Of a DNA stretch of 64,000 nt, positions 25,600 through 36,374 are shown piece by piece (position 1 is the first letter of the stretch; the number at the start of each line of letters is the position of its first letter). Under the pieces are notes generated by a model that was not told the origin of the DNA, ran no database searches, and saw only the letters and a program-made list of their open reading frames with translations. A program made the position numbers and the translations under genes. Origin of the DNA: Amphiscolops sp. MND2022 (taxonomy: Eukaryota); assembly GCA_964187785.1 (NCBI GenBank), contig OZ076409.1:496001-560000 (forward strand), in the 5' to 3' direction.

Positions 25600-25932
25600 G
25601 GCCACCACGCCTCACATCTCATCTGGAAGATAACAAGACGCGATATCACTTTCCGCTAAAAAGGTGACGCATCAGCATCCTGTGCCAACTGCGCCATGGT
25701 GACTAGAATTTACTAAATGGAGTAACAAAGTAGAGATTTGGCAGAATTTGTAAAAACAAGACGAGAACGTCTAAAGTCGGCGCTATATCTAAGGCTCAAA
25801 AAGCGCAAAGTTTTTAAAACATTCCCAGCACTTATTTACGAAAAGCTCAGAAAACAGTTTCGAGACACCCAAAGGGTGCCTTCTATGCTCGATAAGACTC
25901 GGAAAGCACTTTTTCCCCAACTGGAAACGAAA

Positions 25933-27235
25933 ATGATCAATTCTTGGGGCCCTCTCGTAGAAGATTTTCCGTCCCTCTATGATTGCTCCTCAGAACATTT
26001 TCCTTCAGTCACGGAAAAAGACGCATGATCAAATGCGACTTTTTAATCTATCAAACGCCACCCGAGATTTTGACACGACAGTTCAACATTTTCACGAGCA
26101 CTCTCGAAGCCTTCCCGTAGAAAAAAATAGTAGTGTTATTTAACGTGCTCAATTTTCGACAAAAAGTATTTTCTCTCAAATTCGATCAAGGTTCACTATC
26201 AAGATGAAAGTTATCCACTTTCAAGCTTTTCATTCTTTAGTCGAAGTATTCCTAAAGTCAGTGAACTTCAATTTTCAACTTCACGGTACTATCTTTTACA
26301 TCAAGGTACCTGTATTCGAACAGTTTTTATCCTGAATTTATCTGGTGTAAACTAGTATTCTTTGCAAGCCTTGTCCTAATCACCTTAGCGCCTGTTTTTC
26401 TCAAAACACCCACTGAAAAGGACACTTTTTTGTTTAGTTTGTTCAACTAAACGAACACTTCGGAAATGTATATAATTTGGCGCGAAGGGCCCCTTTCATT
26501 ATTCCTTTTTAACGATACAAAATCGTACTGGACTAAAGGGTCCGGCTTTCGATTTTTTTGATATTTTGCAAGAAATTGGATGTTCAAAAAGCCCAAAGGG
26601 TTATGCCAAAAGTAAGTTGCATTTCACTCAAGAAGAAGTAGAGTTTCGAGTTTTCAGAATAAAACTTTGCGGTTTCTAAGCCTTAAAGGTAGCGCGGACT
26701 TGGGACGTTCCTGCCTGGTTTGAAGTACCTGAAAGTATTTTTGGATTCTCCATAAAATACTAATAGTTAGATGCTCCGCACCATCTGAACACTGCAATAT
26801 TTTGCAACTGAGTGCAAACTAAAAGCACAGAGGGTCGCCCTTTAATATTTCTCCGTAAGATGAGATACAAAAGCCGTGAATGCGATTTTTTCCAGACTTC
26901 TATCGTCCCAATTGGTCACGTCCAATTTGGATGCAGTGAGGCAGCGCTACTCTAAGTCATTAGCTAGTTTGTTCATTTCTCGTAGCAGCGAGAAGCGCTT
27001 TCCTGGAAATAACTATTCGTACGCTGACAGCTCCGCCTGCATCCAGTTACGAGTAAGAAAGAGACCAGTGACCAGATAATTTCGTCCTGTGCAATTTGAA
27101 CCGCTCACAATTCTATTAACATCCTGCGTTTCCAACTTTCCGCAATTTGCACCTGAACTAATTTCCCAGAAAAGCTAACCTTCGCATTCAAAAACAAGAC
27201 GAGAATGTCTAAAGTCGGCGCTATATCTAAGGCTC
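25933..27235 (-). repeat. Right arm of ~1.25-kb inverted duplication (partner 4460-5734)
   Basis: Reverse-complement match to 4460-5734, including the same HINE-end/flank junction. Confidence 0.92.
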
Positions 27236-27672
27236 AAAAAGGGCAAAACATTTTTTTGGAAGAAAAACTTGAAAATTTTGAAAACTTTTTTCTTTCGGAA
27301 AACATCGCATAGTGCCGAGAAATTTAAAAGGGGGACACTTTAGGATTTATTAACATAAACTCTGTTGCAAAAAAATGAAGGGGCCTTTGATGCAATCAAA
27401 AATTTTTCGAAAGTCTCATAATGCCGAAAATAATTTTAGTTAAAAACACCAAGATAGCCAAAGGGGGATCCTTAGTATGTTTTCGAGGTTCAGCTCGTCG
27501 GTTTTGTTTTGGACGAGGTTCTGACGTATCCCGTATGTTTTGGATATGCTTAGTTCAAGTTGAACAAATGAACAAAAAAGTGGACCTTTAAGTGTGAGGT
27601 ATGTGGTCTGGAAGAAAAAAAGGTCACTGTAAGAGTGGCGCATTTTTTGCTTAACAAAAAGCGCGAACTAAA
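27192..27672. mobile_element. HINE/DINE-1-like non-autonomous element
   Basis: Starts AACAAGACGAGAATGTCTAAAGTCGGCGC; ends GTCACTGTAAGAGTGGCGCATTTT..AAAAAGCGCGAACTAAAAA (subterminal inverted repeat and hairpin). Confidence 0.75.
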
Positions 27673-28379
27673 AATGCAAACTAAACAAACTAATATCAAA
27701 GAACGGTTGATGTCTCCGAGTTACATTCCGAATAAACAACTCCATAGAAGTAAGTGGGAGACATTTTCGCTGCAATGTTAAGAATAGTGCGAGGAACGAA
27801 TTATTTCGAAATGAGGCCATTTTGCACAACTTGAGGAAGTGTTGTTGAACAAGACTCCGTTCATTTCGTCACAAGCGAGATCATTGTCCTACTTGTCTGC
27901 GAGGAAATAACTCGTATCATGAGAGGAAATGAGCTTAATTGCATTAATGGGCACAATGCAGCACAACTGATTTGAGAGAGAGAGAGAAAGCTGTGGTGAA
28001 CTATCATTGTACACTAATAATGTGTGCCTTCCAGTTGGTGTGAAATAGGCGGAATAGGAATGAATATGAATGAGAACATTGATTGGAACAGACTAGAATC
28101 CATTACCAACTGCCTGGCTAGTAAGTGCCCCCCCCCCACCGGAAAAGGGCAATTCAATACAATGTACACATGACGTCATTTCGCCGCAGTCATTGCACAT
28201 GGAACTCCGGTGACTACGTTTCTCATCTGCTGGTTCGGGTCCCTCAACACATCATAAAACAAGCTGCGAATGGCCCAGGTCGGCGCCTCGCTCAGCGTTC
28301 ACAAAAATCAAGTGAATATGCATATTTATCTTTTTAAATATGCAGAGACACTATTGTAAAAATTTATCAAAATACCCGA

Positions 28380-29122
28380 AGATTTTGAAACGATTTTTAC
28401 CAAATGTGGAAGAAGCATCAAAAAACTTTTTTCAAAAATTATTTTTCGAAAATTGATTTCTTCGGAAAAAAGTACCGAAGAATAAGATGCTTTAAGCTCG
28501 CCAAACGGTTTTTTCAGGCCGAAAAAAAACTATGGAAGTGAAGGGGGTGCCCTTTGACCGATCGATTTTTTTCGCATAAAAGTGGGCAGTGTCGGAAAAA
28601 ACTGTAGGTCTTTTCCACAATTACTGAGAAAACTCTCATCAGTTCCACAGGACCACAAAATGTTCAAAGTCACCTTTAGGACTCGGAAAGAACCTAAAAA
28701 AGCAGAAATTAAACCAAAAAAAGTCGAAAAAAACAGAACTTTTGAAAATTCTTCGTTAAATCGCATCGGGCCGGAAAAACCTAAGGTGGCTCTCCATGAT
28801 CGCAAAACGCTTAGTTTCTGCCAAAAATCAACGGAGGGCACTTCGATTGAAAAAAAAACTTCAAAGGCGCATAGTGCAGAAAAAAACACAAAGGGACCCT
28901 TTGGTCTCCCCTTTTTATGCAAGCAAAAAATTGGTTTAGTGAGAGACTCGAACCCAAGAACTCCTGCTTCTCAGACCTCAGAAAATCCGCGGTAACCTCT
29001 ATCCCAAGTGGCAGTTATGTGCTTATAGGCAGAAATGTGCTTGTAGAAACCTGTTTATTCGCTGGTCTTAAAAAAGCCACTGTGATAGTCGCTTCTTTTC
29101 TTCGAAAAGCGCCGCCTAAAAA
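28380..29122. mobile_element. HINE/DINE-1-like element (degenerate)
   Basis: Family core and end GCCACTGTGATAGTCGCTTCTTTTCTTCGAAAAGCGCCGCCTAAAAA. Confidence 0.65.
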
Positions 29123-30205
29123 TTTAGAATCTAAAAAACATCGCAAAATATTCAAGCTGAGATTGTGACATCATCATGTAGAATATGCCAAGCATAAGGC
29201 ACCGTCAATGCAAAGAGTGCTTTCAGAAGATAGTACAGATTAACAAATTCACATACTTTGAGCAAACAATGGAAGCACTTGTTTCCACTGTCGTCATCCC
29301 AATAAATAATCAACCCAATTATGTTGTGAGGGAAGCATCAGTGAAAAGGCGCCCTGTCTAAGACTTCAATAGCTAATTATAAACCAATTTACCGATTGGG
29401 AGACATTTCGGAACAAAGAACCAACCCATTATTAGATCAAAATATCAATTTGCAACCAAGTTTGAAGCAGTCGAATTGTTGATTGTGGGCCCTTGTAGAA
29501 ACCTTCAAATGGCCGCCATAGCTCAGACACTTCATGCATTTGGAGCCAGTACTGCAGACTGTCGCTTTAGACCAACAGAGTTTTAGAAACAGTTTTAGCC
29601 CGTCCGACAATCAGTGGCCAGAAGATGTAAAGAGTGTCTGTCCTAAAGGAACGGGAAAGGGTCCTCCTTTGACATTTTTGGCAGAAACAGCATTTTAGAA
29701 TATTCAACAGACATCTTGCTGTAGCTTTCTCTCCAAAAAACGTGAGCAACCAAAAAGGCCTTTTGAACACATTGTTGAGGTAATAGAGCTCAACCAAAGT
29801 ACCGGCAGAATTATATAACGAGTACATTTCACGGGAAGCGTTCAATCCAATCTTGGGCTATGGGCTTAATAGATATTTGGATGAAGAATGATACCCCTTT
29901 TTCACTGCATATAAAAATTTTGTATTCACTCCTTTCAAAGCACTCACAGAACTGGCTAATTAATCAGTCAGTAGTCAAAACTCGCTCGCTTCATGTCAGT
30001 TAAAGCTGACAAAAGGTATGGCTGACGACAGTTCAAGTGTTGCATGCATCTGATGAAAGTGCTTTCCTTTCAGTGGGGCGCGCAACTAACACCTTAAAAA
30101 GGTCAACACGAGTTCGGCTGGAATTAAGTCGCCATTGTTGATGTTATCTTCGATAGAAAACCGCCCGCTGTCAGTAGGTTCAACTCACTTGCAAATTGTT
30201 CCAGA

Positions 30206-30530
30206 CAGTGAATTGTACACGATACATGATAGGATACACGACTTTTTTGCTTTTCAATACACGAACTTACACGATTTTTTGAAATATACAACAGAATTTG
30301 GAACGCAGAAAATGTGCCAGTAGTGTTTAAAAAAATCCTTGAAATTTTAGTCATTCCAGCAAGCTCAGGAGCAGTCGAAATGCTATTTTTCAAAGTAACA
30401 TACGATGCGTCAATAGAAGAAAACGTATGTCGCCAGAAAACTTCGAAATTCTTTTATTTTCAGAAACGATACACGAAAATACGCAATTTTTTAAACTGCA
30501 CAAATACACGTGTGACAGACGAAAAGCTAC
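30206..30530 (+). mobile_element. hAT-derived non-autonomous fragment (related to 52403-52809)
   Basis: CAGTGAATTG start, ACACGA repeats, and a remnant of the hAT C-terminal dimerisation motif (LEILVIPASSGAVEMLF). Confidence 0.65.
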
Positions 30531-30598
30531 TGAAAAGGAATGAGAAGCCGCCGCAGTTTGAAACTTTTGCGGCATGTAAGTCAAGTTCGACTGCTTTG

Positions 30599-33500
30599 CC
30601 GTATTTCTTCGAATACAGGCCCGGCTTGTAAGTTTTTTTTTCGTAGCAATTTCGCGGCCTATATTCCAAGAAATACGGTTGTCTTTACTTCTAGGATGAA
30701 ATTTTCAGCCTCAATGTTCAGGCTTCAGGATGAAATAGGGGCCGCCTATATTGGAAGAAATACGGTTGTCTTTACTTCTAGGATGAAATTTTCAGCCTCA
30801 ATGTTCAGGCTTCAGGATGAAATAGGGGCCGCCTATATTGGAAGAAATACGGTTGTCTTTACTTCTAGGATGAAATTTTCAGCCTCAATGTTCAGGCTTC
30901 AGGATGAAATAGGGGCGGGCCTATATTCGAAGAAATACGGTTGTCTTTACTTCTAGGATGAAATTTTCAGCCTCAATGTTCAGGCTTCAGGATGAAATAG
31001 GGGCCGCCTATATTAGAAGAAATACGGTTGTCTTTACTTCTAGGATGAAATTTTCAGCCTCAATGTTCAGGCTTCAGGATGAAATAGGGGCCGCCTATAT
31101 TGGAAGAAATACGGTTGTCTTTACTTCTAGGATGAAATTTTCAGCCTCAATGTTCAGGCTTCAGGATGAAATAGGGGCCGCCTATATTCGAAGAAATACG
31201 GTTGTCTTTACTTCTAGGATGAAATTTTCAGCCTCAATGTTCAGGCTTCAGGATGAAATAGGGGCCGCCTATATTGGAAGAAATACGGTTGTCTTTACTT
31301 CTAGGATGAAATTTTCAGCCTCAATGTTCAGGCTTCAGGATGAAATAGGGGCCGCCTATATTCGAAGAAATACGGTTGTCTTTACTTCTAGGATGAAATT
31401 TTCAGCCTCAATGTTCAGGCTTCAGGATGAAATAGGGGCCGCCTATATTCGAAGAAATACGGTTGTCTTTACTTCTAGGATGAAATTTTCAGCCTCAATG
31501 TTCAGGCTTCAGGATGAAATAGGGGCCGGCCTATATTGGAAGAAATACGGTTGTCTTTACTTCTAGGATGAAATTTTCAGCCTCAATGTTCAGGCTTCAG
31601 GATGAAATAGGGGCCGCCTATATTCGAAGAAATACGGTTGTCTTTACTTCTAGGATGAAATTTTCAGCCTCAATGTTCAGGCTTCAGGATGAAATAGGGG
31701 CCGCCTATATTCGAAGAAATACGGTTGTCTTTACTTCTAGGATGAAATTTTCAGCCTCAATGTTCAGGCTTCAGGATGAAATAGGGGCCGGCCTATATTG
31801 GAAGAAATACGGTTGTCTTTACTTCTAGGATGAAATTTTCAGCCTCAATGTTCAGGCTTCAGGATGAAATAGGGGCCGCCTATATTCCAAGAAATACGGT
31901 TGTCTTTACTTCTAGGATGAAATTTTCAGCCTCAATGTTCAGGCTTCAGGATGAAATAGGGGCCGGCCTATATTGGAAGAAATACGGTTGTCTTTACTTC
32001 TAGGACGAAATTTTCAGCCTCAATGTTCAGGCTTCAGGATGAAATAGGGGCCGCCTATATTCGAAGAAATACGGTTGTCTTTACTTCTAGGATGAAATTT
32101 TCAGCCTCAATGTTCAGGCTTCAGGATGAAATAGGGGCCGGCCTATATTGGAAGAAATACGGTTGTCTTTACTTCTAGGATGAAATTTTCAGCCTCAATG
32201 TTCAGGCTTCAGGATGAAATAGGGGCCGCCTATATTCCAAGAAATACGGTTGTCTTTACTTCTAGGATGAAATTTTCAGCCTCAATGTTCAGGCTTCAGG
32301 ATGAAATAGGGGCCGGCCTATATTGGAAGAAATACGGTTGTCTTTACTTCTAGGATGAAATTTTCAGCCTCAATGTTCAGGCTTCAGGATGAAATAGGGG
32401 CCGCCTATATTCGAAGAAATACGGTTGTCTTTACTTCTAGGATGAAATTTTCAGCCTCAATGTTCAGGCTTCAGGATGAAATAGGGGCCGGCCTATATTG
32501 GAAGAAATACGGTTGTCTTTACTTCTAGGATGAAATTTTCAGCCTCAATGTTCAGGCTTCAGGATGAAATAGGGGCCGGCCTATATTGGAAGAAATACGG
32601 TTGTCTTTACTTCTAGGATGAAATTTTCAGCCTCAATGTTCAGGCTTCAGGATGAAATAGGGGCCGCCTATATTCGAAGAAATACGGTTGTCTTTACTTC
32701 TAGGATGAAATTTTCAGCCTCAATGTTCAGGCTTCAGGATGAAATAGGGGCCGCCTATATTCGAAGAAATACGGTTGTCTTTACTTCTAGGATGAAATTT
32801 TCAGCCTCAATGTTCAGGCTTCAGGATGAAATAGGGGCCGGCCTATATTGGAAGAAATACGGTTGTCTTTACTTCTAGGATGAAATTTTCAGCCTCAATG
32901 TTCAGGCTTCAGGATGAAATAGGGGCCGCCTATATTCCAAGAAATACGGTTGTCTTTACTTCTAGGATGAAATTTTCAGCCTCAATGTTCAGGCTTCAGG
33001 ATGAAATAGGGGCCGGCCTATATTGGAAGAAATACGGTTGTCTTTACTTCTAGGATGAAATTTTCAGCCTCAATGTTCAGGCTTCAGGATGAAATAGGGG
33101 CCGCCTATATTCGAAGAAATACGGTTGTCTTTACTTCTAGGATGAAATTTTCAGCCTCAATGTTCAGGCTTCAGGATGAAATAGGGGCCGGCCTATATTG
33201 GAAGAAATACGGTTGTCTTTACTTCTAGGATGAAATTTTCAGCCTCAATGTTCAGGCTTCAGGATGAAATAGGGGCCGCCTATATTCCAAGAAATACGGT
33301 TGTCTTTACTTCTAGGATGAAATTTTCAGCCTCAATGTTCAGGCTTCAGGATGAAATAGGGGCCGGCCTATATTGGAAGAAATACGGTTGTCTTTACTTC
33401 TAGGATGAAATTTTCAGCCTCAATGTGGCTTCAGGATGAAATAGGGGCCGCCTATATTCGAAGAAATACGGTTGTCTTTACTTCTAGGATGAAATTTTCA

Positions 33501-34986
33501 GCCTCAATGTTCAGGCTTCAGGATGAAATAGGGGCCGGCCTATATTGGAAGAAATACGGTTGTCTTTACTTCTAGGATGAAATTTTCAGCCTCAATGTTC
33601 AGGCTTCAGGATGAAATAGGGGCCGCCTATATTCCAAGAAATACGGTTGTCTTTACTTCTAGGATGAAATTTTCAGCCTCAATGTTCAGGCTTCAGGATG
33701 AAATAGGGGCCGCCTATATTCGAAGAAATACGGTTGTCTTTACTTCTAGGATGAAATTTTCAGCCTCAATGTTCAGGCTTCAGGATGAAATAGGGGCCGG
33801 CCTATATTGGAAGAAATACGGTTGTCTTTACTTCTAGGATGAAATTTTCAGCCTCAATGTTCAGGCTTCAGGATGAAATAGGGGCGGGCCTATATTGGAA
33901 GAAATACGGTTGTCTTTACTTCTAGGATGAAATTTTCAGCCTCAATGTTCAGGCTTCAGGATGAAATAGGGGCCGGCCTATATTGGAAGAAATACGGTTG
34001 TCTTTACTTCTAGGATGAAATTTTCAGCCTCAATGTTCAGGCTTCAGGATGAAATAGGGGCGGGCCTATATTGGAAGAAATACGGTTGTCTTTACTTCTA
34101 GGATGAAATTTTCAGCCTCAATGTTCAGGCTTCAGGATGAAATAGGGGCGGGCCTATATTCGAAGAAATACGGTTGTCTTTACTTCTAGGATGAAATTTT
34201 CAGCCTCAATGTTCAGGCTTCAGGATGAAATAGGGGCCGCCTATATTCGAAGAAATACGGTTGTCTTTACTTCTAGGATGAAATTTTCAGCCTCAATGTG
34301 GCTTCAGGATGAAATAGGGGCGGGCCTATATTGGAAGAAATACGGTTGTCTTTACTTCTAGGATGAAATTTTCAGCCTCAATGTTCAGGCTTCAGGATGA
34401 AATAGGGGCCGCCTATATTCCAAGAAATACGGTTGTCTTTACTTCTAGGATGAAATTTTCAGCCTCAATGTTCAGGCTTCAGGATGAAATAGGGGCGGGC
34501 CTATATTGGAAGAAATACGGTTGTCTTTACTTCTAGGATGAAGTTTTCAGCCTCAATGTTCAGGCTTCAGGATGAAATAGGGGCCGCCTATATTCGAAGA
34601 AATACGGTTGTCTTTACTTCTAGGATGAAATTTTCAGCCTCAATGTGGCTTCAGGATGAAATAGGGGCGGGCCGGCCTATATTCGAAGAAATACGGTTGT
34701 CTTTACTTCTAGGATGAAATTTTCAGCCTCAATGTGGCTTCAGGATGAAATAGGGGCGGGCCGGCCTATATTCGAAGAAATACGGTTGTCTTTACTTCTA
34801 GGATGAAATTTTCAGCCTCAATGTTCAGGCTTCAGGATGAAATAGGGGCGGGCCGGCCTATATTCGAAGAAATACGGTTGTCTTTACTTCTAGGATGAAA
34901 TTTTCAGCCTCAATGTTCAGGCTTCAGGATGAAATAGGGGCCGGCCGGCCTATATTCGAGGACGACTTCTATTCGAAGAAAGACGG
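30599..34986. repeat. 87/88-bp satellite (~49 units, ~30655-34960) expanded inside a Tc1/mariner(pogo)-type MITE
   Basis: Unit GCCTATATTCGAAGAAATACGGTTGTCTTTACTTCTAGGATGAAATTTTCAGCCTCAATGTTCAGGCTTCAGGATGAAATAGGGGCC. Flanked by inverted CCGTATTTCTTCGAATA (30599) and TATTCGAAGAAAGACGG-TA (34986). An unexpanded relative lies at 49101-49260. Confidence 0.92.
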
Positions 34987-35419
34987 TACCTAAAGAATGT
35001 TTCCAAGTGCCGAGTATGGAACGCAAACAGAATTGCGTTAGGGTGGTGGTGGTGCTAAGAGAAGTGGTGCTATATAAATGAAGACCTTGATTCGGACATT
35101 GGTTCGAAAGAAGGCTGCCGCCGCCGACCGCTGTTTGCTGAAATGGTTTTTAGGCACCAGCGGCATTTGCAATCTTGATCAAAGCGAAGCAGCAATGTTA
35201 GGAAGGAACAACAGCGAAATACAAAAAGTGAGCAGTCTGTGAATGTCTCAACTCACACAATATTCTGATGGCTAGCTAGTTTAGCGAGCTGTGACCTGGA
35301 ACAAAAGCTTCAACTGACATTTTTGTAACCCTTCTCAACTGGGTGGGTCTTACAATCTTAAAATTCTTACTTAGCAAATTTAAATAAAATACTTTAAAAG
35401 CTTGCGAAGTAGTATTTTT

Positions 35420-35815
35420 ACATCATCTAAGAAACTCAAAGGGACCAAAGGGACTTAGAGTATTTTCGGCTCTGTGAGACTTTTTTTCGAAAAAAAAAAT
35501 TTCCCAAAGGGTCCCCCCTTCAATTGTTTGGAGTTTTCCGACAGAACGGATGTTGAAAAATCCCAAAGCGTCTCCCCTTTCAGTTTTTCGGCATTGTGAG
35601 ACTTTAAAAAAAATTTTCACCAAAAGTGCCCCTCCTTCAATTTTTTTTGATGATTTGCGACAGAATGGATGAAAAATTTCAAAGTGTCGCCTCTGGTGTG
35701 CCAATTCGGTTCAACTCTTGGGTTTTTCCGGTACCGTAAAAGAGAATACTTGGAAGTCCTTTTGCTGTTTTTGAGCCTTAGATATGGCGCTGACTTGGGC
35801 CGTTCCCGGCTTGTT
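35420..35815. mobile_element. HINE/DINE-1-like element
   Basis: Ends GAGCCTTAGATATGGCGCTGACTTGGGCCGTTCCCGGCTTGTT. Confidence 0.7.
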
Positions 35816-36096
35816 CTCTTATGAAGCCGGGCAAAAGCTTCAAAAACTATGGTACCCAAAGGTGGCACCCTTTGAAAACACTAGAGATTGCTTTCTAGTA
35901 AGATAGGAAGGCCTATAGAAATTCTGTAAAAAGTGGACCTTTCAGTGTGAGGAGGTCTGTTGTCTAGAGAAAAAATTCTAGGCACTGCAAGATTCGGGCA
36001 TTTTTTGTTTCACAAAAAGCGACGATCAAAAACGGCCAAACTTCAACCAATCAAATCATTGTATATCTACGGACAAGATGTCATTTACATGAGGGG

Positions 36097-36339
36097 TGTT
36101 ACGTAACATTGATGTTACTCAGAAGTCAAACTTGAACTTTGATTGCAAGAATAATTGACTAATGACTCATAAGTTCTAATGCGGTAAAACAGTGTGGACA
36201 AATGTGGTATGTAACTCTACTTCTACTTATTCGACGATTTATAAAGACTATCAGGTAATCCCTTTTTGTTGTTTCTAGTATTGAATTACAACTATTCTGA
36301 AGGTTGGATTTTGCAAACACTAACTGTCCACACGAAGCA
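36097..36339 (+). repeat. 5' LTR
   Basis: TGTTACGTAAC...ACACGAAGCA; TATAAA at 36240. Confidence 0.95.
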
Positions 36340-36374
36340 TTCAATACACAAAAGGCAACTGTTACGAAAAAAGA

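Noticed and set aside
4460..27235. The long inverted arms as Polinton TIRs
   Set aside because: They begin in HINE sequence, lack AG...CT termini and a TSD, and enclose host exons outside the viral gene block.
30540..33837. Repetitive ORFs (MKFSASMFRLQDEIGAAYIRRNTVVFTSR)n
   Set aside because: Artefact of an 87-bp (29-codon) satellite unit; the frame breaks at every 88-bp variant.
30655..34960. CRISPR-like array
   Set aside because: No unique spacers, no cas genes, eukaryotic context.
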